64,000 bases of DNA from Acidobacteriota bacterium (GTDB lineage Bacteria; Acidobacteriota; Thermoanaerobaculia; UBA5066): contig JBDTTJ010000001.1 in the NCBI GenBank assembly GCA_039930645.1, positions 2,554 through 66,553 of the forward strand, in the 5' to 3' direction. Below, one piece after another: positions 18,661-27,354 of this stretch. The notes below the pieces were generated by a model. That model was not told the origin of the DNA and searched no databases. It was given only the letters and a program-made list of their open reading frames with translations. A program made the translations under genes and the position numbers. Each line of letters begins with the position of its first letter. The stretch's first letter is position 1.

Positions 18661-20361
18661 ATGGGGCTCGTCTACCTCGCGCACGACCGGAGGACGGGCC
18701 TTCCGGTCGCGATCAAGGTCATGTCCCGTTGGTCGGTGGACGCGGAGCTCCAGGCGCGGTTCCTCAAAGAGAACCGGATCCTGTCCTCGCTGAACCACCG
18801 GAACATCGTGAGGTGCTACGAGATCACGGAGTCCCGCGAGGGAATCCCGTCGATCGTCATGGAGTACGTCGACGGCGTCGACTTCCGCGCGTTCGAGGGC
18901 CGGCCGTACCCCGAGCTCCTGCCGCTCATGATCCAGGCCCTGATGGGCCTTGGCTATCTCCGCGGCCAGAACATCCTGCACCGCGATCTCTCGTCGAACA
19001 ACATCTTCGTCACGCTCGAGAACCAGACGCGTGTGACGAAGATCCTCGACTTCGGAGTCGCGAAGGTCCTCCAGCAGCAGGCTGCGGACGGAGACGTGAA
19101 GACGAGGACGGGGCAATTCCTCGGCAAGTTCGCGTTCGCCTCGCCGGAGCATTTTCGACCGTCGACCGTCGACTGGCGGAGCGACGTGTACTCGCTCGGC
19201 GTCATCTTCCACCGGCTCTTGACGAAAACGCCGCCGATCACCGTGGCACGCAAGGCGAACTACTACGACTGGATGGTGGCGCACCAGAAGGACACCGTGT
19301 TCGAGGTCCTGGCGCCGCCCGGCGTCCCGCCGCTGCCGGAGCCGCTCCGGGCCGTCGTCCAGCGGATGCTGGCCGGGAACCCGGACGACCGCCCGCAGAG
19401 CTACGAGGAGATCATCCACGTGCTCGACCGCGTTCAGCGGGGCCTGCCGCCGGCGCTCGAGCCCGATCCGTTCGACCTCCGCACCCTTCCCCCGCCGGTG
19501 GAAGGGCGAATCGGCTCGTCGGGCAGCGGGAAGCGGTTGTCGATTCCCTCTTCGCCAGCGCGGGCGCCCGCCGCGTGGTCCGCCCCCGCGGCCCCGGAAG
19601 CGGAAAGCCCGTCCGTCGAGGAATCACAGCAAAAAAGGTGGCCCGAGCTCGATGCGCGCGAGCCGCAACACACCGAGCGCTTCCTGCCGCCGCCTTCTCT
19701 CGCCGAACCCGAGATCGCCGGGGAAACGGAGCTCCCCGCCGAGCCACCTCCGCCGGACGACTCCAGAGGCTGGGGGCCTCCTTCCGGGGCGAGTCCGGCG
19801 AGGACGGAATTGCTCCCTCCGCCGGCCTCTGCGGACGCCATGAAAACCGCCACGACCGTGACCTCGGGGAGACCGGACAGGATTCCCCAGGTTCCCGTGT
19901 GGTCGGGAGGCGCGGCAACGGACGAGCCCGGCGGGGCCGCCGGCTCGTCCTCCTCGAGGCTCCTGGAAGAGAAGACAGAGCGGCTCGACGACGTGATCGA
20001 GAAGCTGAGGCAGCAGGCGCTCCTGGAACCTCTCCCTCTGTTGAAGCTGGCGCCGACTCCCGAGGCTCCTCCCGCGCCCGCGCCCGCGCCCACGCCCGTG
20101 CGGCCCGCCTCGCGCGAGCGCGCCCCCGCCGCAGCTCCGCCGCCGACGCCCGGCCGGAGACTCGTCGTCTACGGGGAGGCGAGGCCGGCCGTCGTGGCGC
20201 AGCCGCGCGCGGCGCCGCGTCCGGCGCCGCCAGAGGCGCCGGCGCCCGCTCCGGCCGCGTCGGGGCGGGGGTTCCGCGGGATCGGCATCACGCTGATCGT
20301 CGCTGCCATTGTCGTGCTGTTCGGTGCCATCCTGTGGATCCTCATCTCCGTGCTGAAATGA
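18661..20361 (+). CDS. Hanks-type Ser/Thr protein kinase with Pro/Ala-rich linker and C-terminal TM tail anchor
   Basis: 'HRDLSSNNIFV', 'DFGVAK', 'GKFAFASPE', 'SDVYSLGVIFHRLL'. C-terminal 'IGITLIVAAIVVLFGAILWILISVL' TM. The glycine-loop residues 'ISRVLGEGG' lie upstream of the annotated ATG with no canonical start (see findings). Confidence 0.8.
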   Translation: MGLVYLAHDRRTGLPVAIKVMSRWSVDAELQARFLKENRILSSLNHRNIVRCYEITESREGIPSIVMEYVDGVDFRAFEGRPYPELLPLMIQALMGLGYLRGQNILHRDLSSNNIFVTLENQTRVTKILDFGVAKVLQQQAADGDVKTRTGQFLGKFAFASPEHFRPSTVDWRSDVYSLGVIFHRLLTKTPPITVARKANYYDWMVAHQKDTVFEVLAPPGVPPLPEPLRAVVQRMLAGNPDDRPQSYEEIIHVLDRVQRGLPPALEPDPFDLRTLPPPVEGRIGSSGSGKRLSIPSSPARAPAAWSAPAAPEAESPSVEESQQKRWPELDAREPQHTERFLPPPSLAEPEIAGETELPAEPPPPDDSRGWGPPSGASPARTELLPPPASADAMKTATTVTSGRPDRIPQVPVWSGGAATDEPGGAAGSSSSRLLEEKTERLDDVIEKLRQQALLEPLPLLKLAPTPEAPPAPAPAPTPVRPASRERAPAAAPPPTPGRRLVVYGEARPAVVAQPRAAPRPAPPEAPAPAPAASGRGFRGIGITLIVAAIVVLFGAILWILISVLK

Positions 20362-20371
20362 AGGAGCGGCC

Positions 20372-21010
20372 ATGACCGAGAACCGACCCGGACGTCCCGG
20401 CGACGTCGACGTCACCGCCTCGAGCCCGGCTGCGGGCGGATCGAGGTCCCTGAGAGAGATGCTCTCCGATGCGCGGGGACAGGCGAAGGGCCAGGGCGTG
20501 GTGCAGGGCTCCACCGTCTTCTTCAAGAACCTCGCCGAGTCGATCGGGCACTCGAACCGGAACCTGAAGATCGGGCTGGCCTTCCTGACGGCTGCGTTCG
20601 TCGTCGTGGCGGCGGCGCTGGGCACGCTCGTCTTCCAGGCCTTCCGGAGCCAGGTCGCGACGAAGACGACGCTCGAGAAACAGATCCAGTCCATGGACGC
20701 CTCGACGCGAAAGCAGATCCAGCCGATCCTCGACGCCATGACGGGCCTCGACAAGAAGCTCGCCGAGCAACAGGACGCACAGAGGCGCGAACTGGAAGGC
20801 GTCCGGCAGCTCCTGCAGGCCGACGTCGAGGCGGCCAAGCAGGACGCCGCCGCGGCGCGCAAAGAAGCGGCGGAGCTCCGCGCCTCGCTGAAGGCCGTCG
20901 AAAAATGGGCCGACGAGTTCGGGAAGACTTTCCTCCAGGACCGCAGCAACCTCGACACGCGCCTCAGGCGACTCGAAGGCGCGCCCGCCCCGGCTCCCGC
21001 GACGAAGTGA
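20372..21010 (+). CDS. hypothetical membrane-anchored coiled-coil protein
   Basis: 212 aa. One TM ('IGLAFLTAAFVVVAAALGTLVF') followed by a long heptad-like coiled coil. Sits between the two kinase genes on the same strand. Confidence 0.4.
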   Translation: MTENRPGRPGDVDVTASSPAAGGSRSLREMLSDARGQAKGQGVVQGSTVFFKNLAESIGHSNRNLKIGLAFLTAAFVVVAAALGTLVFQAFRSQVATKTTLEKQIQSMDASTRKQIQPILDAMTGLDKKLAEQQDAQRRELEGVRQLLQADVEAAKQDAAAARKEAAELRASLKAVEKWADEFGKTFLQDRSNLDTRLRRLEGAPAPAPATK

Positions 21011-21023
21011 GCGGCCCCGGCTG

Positions 21024-22181
21024 GTGACGGTGGGCTTCGGACTCGGCCTCGAGGAGGTCGAACTCGGCGCCATGGTGGGCCGGGGCGGCTCGGGCGAGGT
21101 CTTCGCCGCGCGTCATCGCGGGACCGGAGCGCGCCTGGCCGCGAAGGTTTACCCCTTCGACCGGATGGACCCCGAGTTCCGGCCGCGCGAACGCTTCCAT
21201 CGCGAGTGCCGAATCCTCTCGCGGATGGAGCACCCGGCGTTTCCGGCCCTCTACGGCTGCGGCGAGGAAGGGGACGGGTCGACCGGCTGGGCCCTGATGG
21301 AATGGATCGAGGGCGCGCCCCTGACGGCCTTTCGCGCCGCGCCCGTTCACGAGGTCGTTCGCCTCGCCTACGGCGTCGCCTCGGCCCTCGACGCGCTGCA
21401 CGTCCAGGGAATCCTCCACCGCGACATCGCATTCGACAACGTCCTCGTCGAGACGCGGCGCTTCGGCCTCAACCCGCGGCTGATCGACCTCGGCATCGCG
21501 AAGGACATCTCGTCGAACCAGGATCTGACGATGGCGGGGGCGTTTCTCGGGCGTGTTCCGTTTGCCTCGCCCGAGCTCCTGACCGGGGAGGGCGCTGCCG
21601 GGCTCGTCGATCCGCGCAGCGACGTCTTCTCGTTCGGCGTCCTCCTTTACGAGTGGCTCTCGGGGAAGCCGCCGTTCCCGGGCGAGACGCCGGAACGCGT
21701 CATGAAGGCGCAGAAGAAGCGGGCGGCGCCGAAGCTGGAGTTGCGGGAGGGGGCGGGGAAGGCCGACGCCGCCTTGTCTGCGTTCGTCGAGAGCCTCCTG
21801 GAGACCGAGATTGAAAGAAGGCCGGCGTCCGAGGCCGTCGTCAGGCGGCTCGCCGAGCTCCGGAGGACTCACCCGCCTGCGGCCCTGGAGCTCGCGCAGT
21901 CGCCAGCCGGCGTCTACCGGGCGCCCTCTCTCGGGTACGCGCTCCTGCCGAGGCGGTTCGACGCCGCGCCGGCGCTCCGCAGGTTGCGCGCGGTCGCGTT
22001 TCCCGAGCCTCCGCCCCAGCCGGCGGGCGTGGCCACACCGGCGCGCGAGAAGGCCGCGCCCACGGGCATTCCCGCTGGAGTCGCGTCGCGACCGGCATTC
22101 GGTGGGCTTGTCCTCGCCCTCGGGATCCTGGCTTTCGTGGCCGCCTGCGCGCTTGCGGCTTTCCTCGTCTTCAGGCGCTGA
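21024..22181 (+). CDS. Hanks-type Ser/Thr protein kinase, C-terminal TM anchor
   Basis: 'GRGGSGEVFAARH', 'AAKVY', 'ILHRDIAFDNVLV', 'DLGIAKD', 'SDVFSFGVLLYEWLSGKPPF'. C-terminal 'LVLALGILAFVAACALAAFLVF'. GTG start. Confidence 0.75.
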   Translation: MTVGFGLGLEEVELGAMVGRGGSGEVFAARHRGTGARLAAKVYPFDRMDPEFRPRERFHRECRILSRMEHPAFPALYGCGEEGDGSTGWALMEWIEGAPLTAFRAAPVHEVVRLAYGVASALDALHVQGILHRDIAFDNVLVETRRFGLNPRLIDLGIAKDISSNQDLTMAGAFLGRVPFASPELLTGEGAAGLVDPRSDVFSFGVLLYEWLSGKPPFPGETPERVMKAQKKRAAPKLELREGAGKADAALSAFVESLLETEIERRPASEAVVRRLAELRRTHPPAALELAQSPAGVYRAPSLGYALLPRRFDAAPALRRLRAVAFPEPPPQPAGVATPAREKAAPTGIPAGVASRPAFGGLVLALGILAFVAACALAAFLVFRR

Positions 22182-22206
22182 CGATCGCTGGAGCGCCGCC
22201 GCTGCG

Positions 22207-23649
22207 TCAGGCGCCAGCGCCGGGCGGCGGCGCCGGGCGCGGAGCGGGCGGGGGAGCGGCCGCGGCGGGCGCCTTCCCGGGCGGCGCTGACGGGGAGATC
22301 ACGGGCGTCGCCGTCTCCGTGGCGGTCGCCGTTGCGGTGTGCGTCGGGGTCGGCGTCGGCGTATCGGTCGGTGTCGGCGGGTACTCGAGGGGCTGGAGCC
22401 CGCTGAGAGCGGCCGGCGCGCGAAACGCCGGCTCCGCCGGCGCGCGCGCAGGCGGCGGAGAACGACGCGGCGCAGGCGCCGGCTGCGCGGCTCGCTCGGG
22501 GATCTCCGTCCCGCGGGGCGAGGGCGAGAGGGCGGCCGGAAGCGGCGTTGCCGCAGGCGCCGGTCCAGGAGGAGCGGTCGAGGCCGCCGGAGCGCGAGGA
22601 GCGGCAGCAGGCCCGACGGGCGGAGGCGCGGGCCGGCGCAGGAAGACGCCGATCGCCACGAGCGCCGCGACCACGACGAGCCCGGCGGCGCCGATGGCGA
22701 GCCGCCGGCCCGTGCGTGAGCGTGGCTCGATCCCGCCCGCAGGCGCGGAGGCCGCGCCCGCGACGAGCACGCCGCCGCCGTCGGCGGGCGGCGGAGACGG
22801 CGGAGCCGCGGTCTGAGCCGTGGTCTTTCCGAGGCCGAGCCGCGCGGGTGTCCCGCGCGACACGAGCGCGACGGAAACGTTGTCCTTCGTGCCGGCCTCG
22901 AAGGCGAGGCGATAGATCTCTTCGGCCGCCTCCTGAATGCTCCCGGCCGTCTCGAGAGCCGTCAGGAAGCGCTCGGCCTCGAGAACGTCGGTGACGCCGT
23001 CGGTCGTGAGGATGACGACGTCGCCGGGGCCGAGCGTCACGTCGCTCCGCACGTCGGGAACGACCCTCTTCTCCTGGCCGAGACTCCGGGTGAGGGCGTG
23101 GGCGAACGGACTACTCGCATCGTCCTCGGGGGCGACCGAGTCGGAGCCCAGGGCCCGCCGATGCTCGGCGAGGGCGGTGTGATCCACCGAAAGCTGCCGG
23201 ACCTTCAGGCCGGAGGCGAGGAAGATCTTGCTGTCACCGACGTTGGCCACGACGAGGCGGTCGTTCGCGAGCACGAGCGCGAACGCGAGCGTCGCGCCCA
23301 TCCCCTTCCTCTCGACGGACGCCTTCCCCTGCTGGAAGATCTCGCGGTTGACTTCGTCGATCCACGCGCGGATCTCGATCTCGATCGCCGCGGGCGCCAG
23401 GGAGGAAACGTCCGGGCGCGCGGCGAACGCCTGGACCTTCTTCCGGAGGATCTCGACGGTGAGGCGCGACGCGACCTCTCCCGCGTTGTGCCCGCCCATC
23501 CCGTCGCTGAGGACGGCGAACGCCCTGAGGGCGCAGGACGGCGGCAGGACCGCGAGGATTGCGGCATCCTCGTTCGCCTCCCGGCGGCCTTTCTCGGAAA
23601 GGCCGCCCGCGAGGTAGCGAGGCGCCTCCGTGCCGGCGTCGGCGATCAC
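22207..23649 (-). CDS. PP2C-family (PPM) Ser/Thr protein phosphatase with Pro/Ala-rich linker and TM segment
   Basis: 'LSDGMGGHNAGEVAS', 'VVANVGDSKIFL', 'VVILTTDGVTDVL', then a TM 'LAIGAAGLVVVAALVAIGVFL' and a Pro-rich C-terminus. PstP-like architecture. Confidence 0.8.
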   Translation of the reverse strand: MIADAGTEAPRYLAGGLSEKGRREANEDAAILAVLPPSCALRAFAVLSDGMGGHNAGEVASRLTVEILRKKVQAFAARPDVSSLAPAAIEIEIRAWIDEVNREIFQQGKASVERKGMGATLAFALVLANDRLVVANVGDSKIFLASGLKVRQLSVDHTALAEHRRALGSDSVAPEDDASSPFAHALTRSLGQEKRVVPDVRSDVTLGPGDVVILTTDGVTDVLEAERFLTALETAGSIQEAAEEIYRLAFEAGTKDNVSVALVSRGTPARLGLGKTTAQTAAPPSPPPADGGGVLVAGAASAPAGGIEPRSRTGRRLAIGAAGLVVVAALVAIGVFLRRPAPPPVGPAAAPRAPAASTAPPGPAPAATPLPAALSPSPRGTEIPERAAQPAPAPRRSPPPARAPAEPAFRAPAALSGLQPLEYPPTPTDTPTPTPTHTATATATETATPVISPSAPPGKAPAAAAPPPAPRPAPPPGAGA

Positions 23650-23658
23650 CCCTGTCCC

Positions 23659-24453
23659 TCAGTCCTCGCGATACGTCATGACGACGTCGCCAATCTCGAT
23701 GCGGTCGTTGTCGACGAGACGCCGCGAGGCGTTTTCCTCGATCTCCTCGCCGTTGACGCGGGTCGGGTTGGAGCGGGCGTAATTGATCAGCGAGTAGCTC
23801 CGCCTGTCGAAGACGAGCTTCGCGTGCTTGCCCGCGACGGAGGCCGGGAGGAGCTGGATGTGGCGATACGCCGGCCCGGGGTCACGGCCGATCGTCGTCT
23901 CGACACGATCGCCGGGCGCCGTCCGGAAGATATGGAGCTCGACCTGCTGGTCGCCGTCGTCGATGAGGAAGCGCCCCGGAAGGACGTCCAGCGGTCCCGG
24001 CGGCGGAGCGGCCGGCGCTTCCGGGATCGGCGGGGGGGTCGCGGAGCGTGACGGGACGTTGATGACGACGGGCTTCTTCAGGATCACGGTGAGGACGACG
24101 ACGAGGGTCGCGACGAGCACGAGGGCGCCGATCCCGAGGAGGATCACGACGCTCGACGGCAGGCCGCCAGAGGCTTCGGGAACCGCGGACCGTTCCGCCG
24201 GACGCGAGGGGGCGGGCGTCGCCACGGGCGCCGCCGCCGGCTGCCCGGCGGAGGGCGCGGGTGTGGACAGGGGCTCGGCCGCGGGCTGCGCGGCAGCGGG
24301 TGCCGGCGTGGCCGATTCGACTGCCGACGGGAGCGGCGGCAAAGGGGGCAGCGTGGGGATCGGGGTTTGCGCGCGGGCCGCCGACGCCATCAAGAAGGCG
24401 GCGACGACCGTCGCAAACACGACCTGCTTCCTGGAGTTGCGGCCATCTCGCAT
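23659..24453 (-). CDS. membrane protein with cleavable/anchor N-terminus, central TM helix and C-terminal FHA domain (FhaB/FipA-like)
   Basis: 264 aa. N-terminal 'VVFATVVAAFLMASAARA', Pro/Ala-rich spacer, TM 'VVILLGIGALVLVATLVVVLTVIL', then FHA motifs 'TTIGRDPGP...', 'SVAGKHAKLV', 'NGEEIE', 'IEIGDVVMTY'. Confidence 0.7.
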   Translation of the reverse strand: MRDGRNSRKQVVFATVVAAFLMASAARAQTPIPTLPPLPPLPSAVESATPAPAAAQPAAEPLSTPAPSAGQPAAAPVATPAPSRPAERSAVPEASGGLPSSVVILLGIGALVLVATLVVVLTVILKKPVVINVPSRSATPPPIPEAPAAPPPGPLDVLPGRFLIDDGDQQVELHIFRTAPGDRVETTIGRDPGPAYRHIQLLPASVAGKHAKLVFDRRSYSLINYARSNPTRVNGEEIEENASRRLVDNDRIEIGDVVMTYRED

Positions 24454-24494
24454 CGTTCTTCCCTCGATCCGTGTGTGGGTGCGTCGGGATCGTC

Positions 24495-25307
24495 TCACGC
24501 CGTTTTCACGGACGGTAGCCGGACCGTGAGGAAGTGCTCGAGGTCCGGGCGGTCTTCGGGGCGCGGGGACAAGCCGAGCCGCACGAGCTCCCTCGGCACG
24601 TCGGTCTCGACGGACGACCGGCGTGGGAACGGGAGGGCCGACAGGGCGACGGTCTTGTCGGCGTCCTCCACGGGCGAGGGGCCGGGGACGTGTCCCTCGA
24701 GAAGCACGTGAACCTGGGCGGCCAGGCGGTAGACGAGCGCCGCGCGCCGCGATCCGCCCGGCGACCCGGAGCGGCTTTCCGGGGCCAGAAAGGGCGCCCC
24801 CTCCTCCTGCGCTTCGAGTCCGGCGAGCGGGGTCGATCCGTCGTCCCGGCACGGCTCGCAGAGGAACTCGTTCAGCGGCAGGTGCCTCGCCTCGAGGCGA
24901 GCTCCTTCGCGCAGGCGCTGGAGCTCGTGGAGGGGCAGGTGGAGGCCCGCGAAGCCACATTCGAGAGCCGCGATCTGCAGCTCGGCCAGAGCGGTCATCG
25001 TGCCTCGTCGCGTCCGATGGCCTCCGCCCGCGACCGGCTCGGAGGTCTGAAACGTGATGTACGTCCGCCCGGTCACCGCCGCCGAACCGAAGTCGAGGAC
25101 GCGCGGAAGCAGCGGATGGTCGAAGTGGGCCGTGGCCGTGTAGAGCGCGTCCACCACCATCGCGGTGCGGCTCGACGACGAGTCGTAGCCGTCGACGCGG
25201 ATCCACGCCGCGGCGCCGTCCGCCTCGCGAACCGCGCGGTAACGGAAGGGGATGCCCGTCTCCTCGGGCCCATCCAGCAGCCTGTACCCCGGAATCCACG
25301 AAGGCAT
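24495..25307 (-). CDS. hypothetical protein with degenerate protein-kinase N-lobe-like segment (possible pseudokinase)
   Basis: 'YRLLDGPEETGIPFRYRAVREADGAAAWIRV' resembles a Gly-loop/beta3 region. 'HPLLPRVLDFG' resembles subdomain IV. No HRD or DFG motifs. Heads the FHA-PP2C operon. Confidence 0.3.
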   Translation of the reverse strand: MPSWIPGYRLLDGPEETGIPFRYRAVREADGAAAWIRVDGYDSSSSRTAMVVDALYTATAHFDHPLLPRVLDFGSAAVTGRTYITFQTSEPVAGGGHRTRRGTMTALAELQIAALECGFAGLHLPLHELQRLREGARLEARHLPLNEFLCEPCRDDGSTPLAGLEAQEEGAPFLAPESRSGSPGGSRRAALVYRLAAQVHVLLEGHVPGPSPVEDADKTVALSALPFPRRSSVETDVPRELVRLGLSPRPEDRPDLEHFLTVRLPSVKTA

Positions 25308-25415
25308 CGTTCCGGAATCTTAGGCCGAATCGGCGGGCCGCCCGGCCCGGACGATTTCTGTTGCGTCGCGTCGAAGGTGGCGCTACACGTTCGCGGGGGA
25401 GGGGTCTGCAATTTC

Positions 25416-26162
25416 ATGGACCACGTGAACGTCCGCGTTGCAATGAAGGTCTGGGGCGACGACGTCGAGATGGAGATGACCCTACCCGCGGGACCGGCAC
25501 GGCCCGAGTTCCTCCTGCCGGTCTTCCAGCGGATGGCGGACGGCTTCGTCGGCCTCGCCGAGAAGCGTGCGGGCGCCGAGGGTCGGACCGTCTCCTGCCG
25601 GAAGGGGTGCGGCGCGTGCTGCCGCCAGCTCGTCCCGATCGGGGAGGACGAGGCGCGGCGGATCCGCCAGCTCGTGGAAGACCTTCCCGAGCCGCGACGG
25701 GGGGAGATCCGCGCGCGTTTCGCGCGGGCCCGCGAGCGCCTGTCCGAGACGGGGCTGCTCTCGAAGCTCGAGAACCGGGGGAACTTCGCGGAGAGCGAAG
25801 TCCTCTCGTTCGGCCTCACGTACTTCCACCTCGGCATCGCGTGCCCGTTTCTCGAAGAGGAGAGCTGCTCCATCCATGCCAGCCGCCCGATCAGCTGCCG
25901 CGAGTACCTCGTCACGTCTCCGGCCGCGAACTGCGCCGACCCGAAGCCGGGAGCCATCGAGTTGGTCGAGATGCCCGCAAAGGTCTGGACGGCGGTGGCG
26001 CGTGCGGTCTCGGTGGACCCGCCCACGCGCTTCATCCCGTGGGTCCCTCTCATCCTCGCGCCGGACTGGGCGTCGACGCATCCCGACGAGTCGGAGCCGC
26101 GACCCGTCGAGGACGTGTTCCGGGGCGTCTTCGCCGAGTTGGCGGGCCGGAAAGGCGCGTGA
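25416..26162 (+). CDS. YkgJ/UPF0153-family putative Fe/Zn-binding protein (CxxCxxCC motif)
   Basis: 248 aa. 'CRKGCGACCRQLVPI' plus downstream Cys residues ('CPFLEEESCSIHASRPISCREY'). Confidence 0.55.
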   Translation: MDHVNVRVAMKVWGDDVEMEMTLPAGPARPEFLLPVFQRMADGFVGLAEKRAGAEGRTVSCRKGCGACCRQLVPIGEDEARRIRQLVEDLPEPRRGEIRARFARARERLSETGLLSKLENRGNFAESEVLSFGLTYFHLGIACPFLEEESCSIHASRPISCREYLVTSPAANCADPKPGAIELVEMPAKVWTAVARAVSVDPPTRFIPWVPLILAPDWASTHPDESEPRPVEDVFRGVFAELAGRKGA

Positions 26163-26244
26163 AAGCGCGTCAAGCCGGGCGGACGGACCCCATGGATTAC
26201 AATTCGACAGATTCAGACGGTTTGAGCGCTCCGTCGCGCCGCCC

Positions 26245-27321
26245 TTGGCGAGCCGGAGGTTTCGAAGGAGAAGGAATCTGGCGCGGAAACGTGAAACCGG
26301 GTCTGCTCCCAGGGAGGACCGCAAGGCTCCGGCGACGCCGAAGGCTGCCGTTCCGCAGGCGGGCGTCCCGCAGATTCCCGACGAGCAGCCCGTCACCCTC
26401 GCCCGCCTGCGCCACTATCGAAAGCTGACGAAGGCGGTGTCGGCGCACCTGCGTGCGCAGCTCGAGACGATTCTCGGGACGCTGACCCCCCTCTTCCATG
26501 CCGAGACCGTTTTCGGCGACTACGTGCAGCGAAGCATCCTGTCCGCGAAGCCCGAGACCGAAGCGGGCCCGCGCGCACAGCTCGCTCCGGACCGGTGGGG
26601 CCGCGGGTCGGAGCTGGCCGTCAAGCGGGACGCGGCGGCCCCTCCGACGGTGAAAGAGCTCGAGGACGCGCGGAGATACGCGAAGTCCAACATCTCCATC
26701 AAGGAAGCCATCAAGGGAGCCGATCGCGCGTTCCACGACGTCGAGAGCCTCTACGACTCCGTCGCGAAAAAGAGGCCGTACGATCTCGGCCTCGGCCTGA
26801 CCCCGCCTCTCGCGATCAACACGTCGTCTCTCGAGATCCTCCCGCTGGACTATCCGTATGTCGCCCGCTCGGAGCGGCAGACGAAACGCGTCATGGTGAC
26901 GGCCCCGATGACGTGGATCGTGACGTACGGGGGGTTCTCCCTCGCGCGCCTCCGCGCCCTCATCGCGGACCCGAACCGCTCGCGCGACGAGCTCCAGCGC
27001 GTCCTGACGCACCATCTCCTGCTGCACGTCATTCTGGAGCGCAAGAGCGGGCTCCGGGGCCTCCTCCACGCGCTGAACTTCCCCGTCCGGACCGAGACGC
27101 TGCCGGAGTTCGGTGAGCTGCCGCTGACGGTCATCACGTCGGCGGTGAAGACCGAGCGCCCTTCCGACGCGGTCATCCTGGAAAGCACCGATCTCTCGGG
27201 CGTCGACGCGACCGAGGAGATCGTGCGCGTGACGAACGTCGCCGGCATGGTCGACGGGCGCCGCGCGCGATTGCTCGAAATCGTCGAGGCCGAGAAGTCC
27301 GGCGCAAACGGAGACGCCTGA
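26245..27321 (+). CDS. hypothetical protein, paralogue A of a tandem pair. Start uncertain (TTG), with a basic low-complexity N-extension
   Basis: About 40% identity over roughly 250 aa with the next gene (motif strings in findings). No canonical start where the homology begins. Confidence 0.45.
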   Translation: MASRRFRRRRNLARKRETGSAPREDRKAPATPKAAVPQAGVPQIPDEQPVTLARLRHYRKLTKAVSAHLRAQLETILGTLTPLFHAETVFGDYVQRSILSAKPETEAGPRAQLAPDRWGRGSELAVKRDAAAPPTVKELEDARRYAKSNISIKEAIKGADRAFHDVESLYDSVAKKRPYDLGLGLTPPLAINTSSLEILPLDYPYVARSERQTKRVMVTAPMTWIVTYGGFSLARLRALIADPNRSRDELQRVLTHHLLLHVILERKSGLRGLLHALNFPVRTETLPEFGELPLTVITSAVKTERPSDAVILESTDLSGVDATEEIVRVTNVAGMVDGRRARLLEIVEAEKSGANGDA

Positions 27322-27354
27322 GCGTCCCGCGGCCGAACGGAGGATTCAACTCAG

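Noticed and set aside
19400-20300. Pro/Ala/Glu-rich repetitive stretches in the kinase, PP2C and Fha C-terminal regions that look like DNA repeats
   Set aside because: These are low-complexity linker-coding sequence within intact ORFs, not tandem DNA repeats, CRISPR arrays or mobile-element termini.
26192-26428. ATG-initiated 79-codon ORF (MDYNSTDSDGLS...) in frame 2 overlapping the start region of paralogue A
   Set aside because: Its product is Arg/Pro-rich low complexity with no homology to paralogue B. It is more likely a spurious frame. A frameshift joining it to the paralogue frame cannot be excluded without reads.
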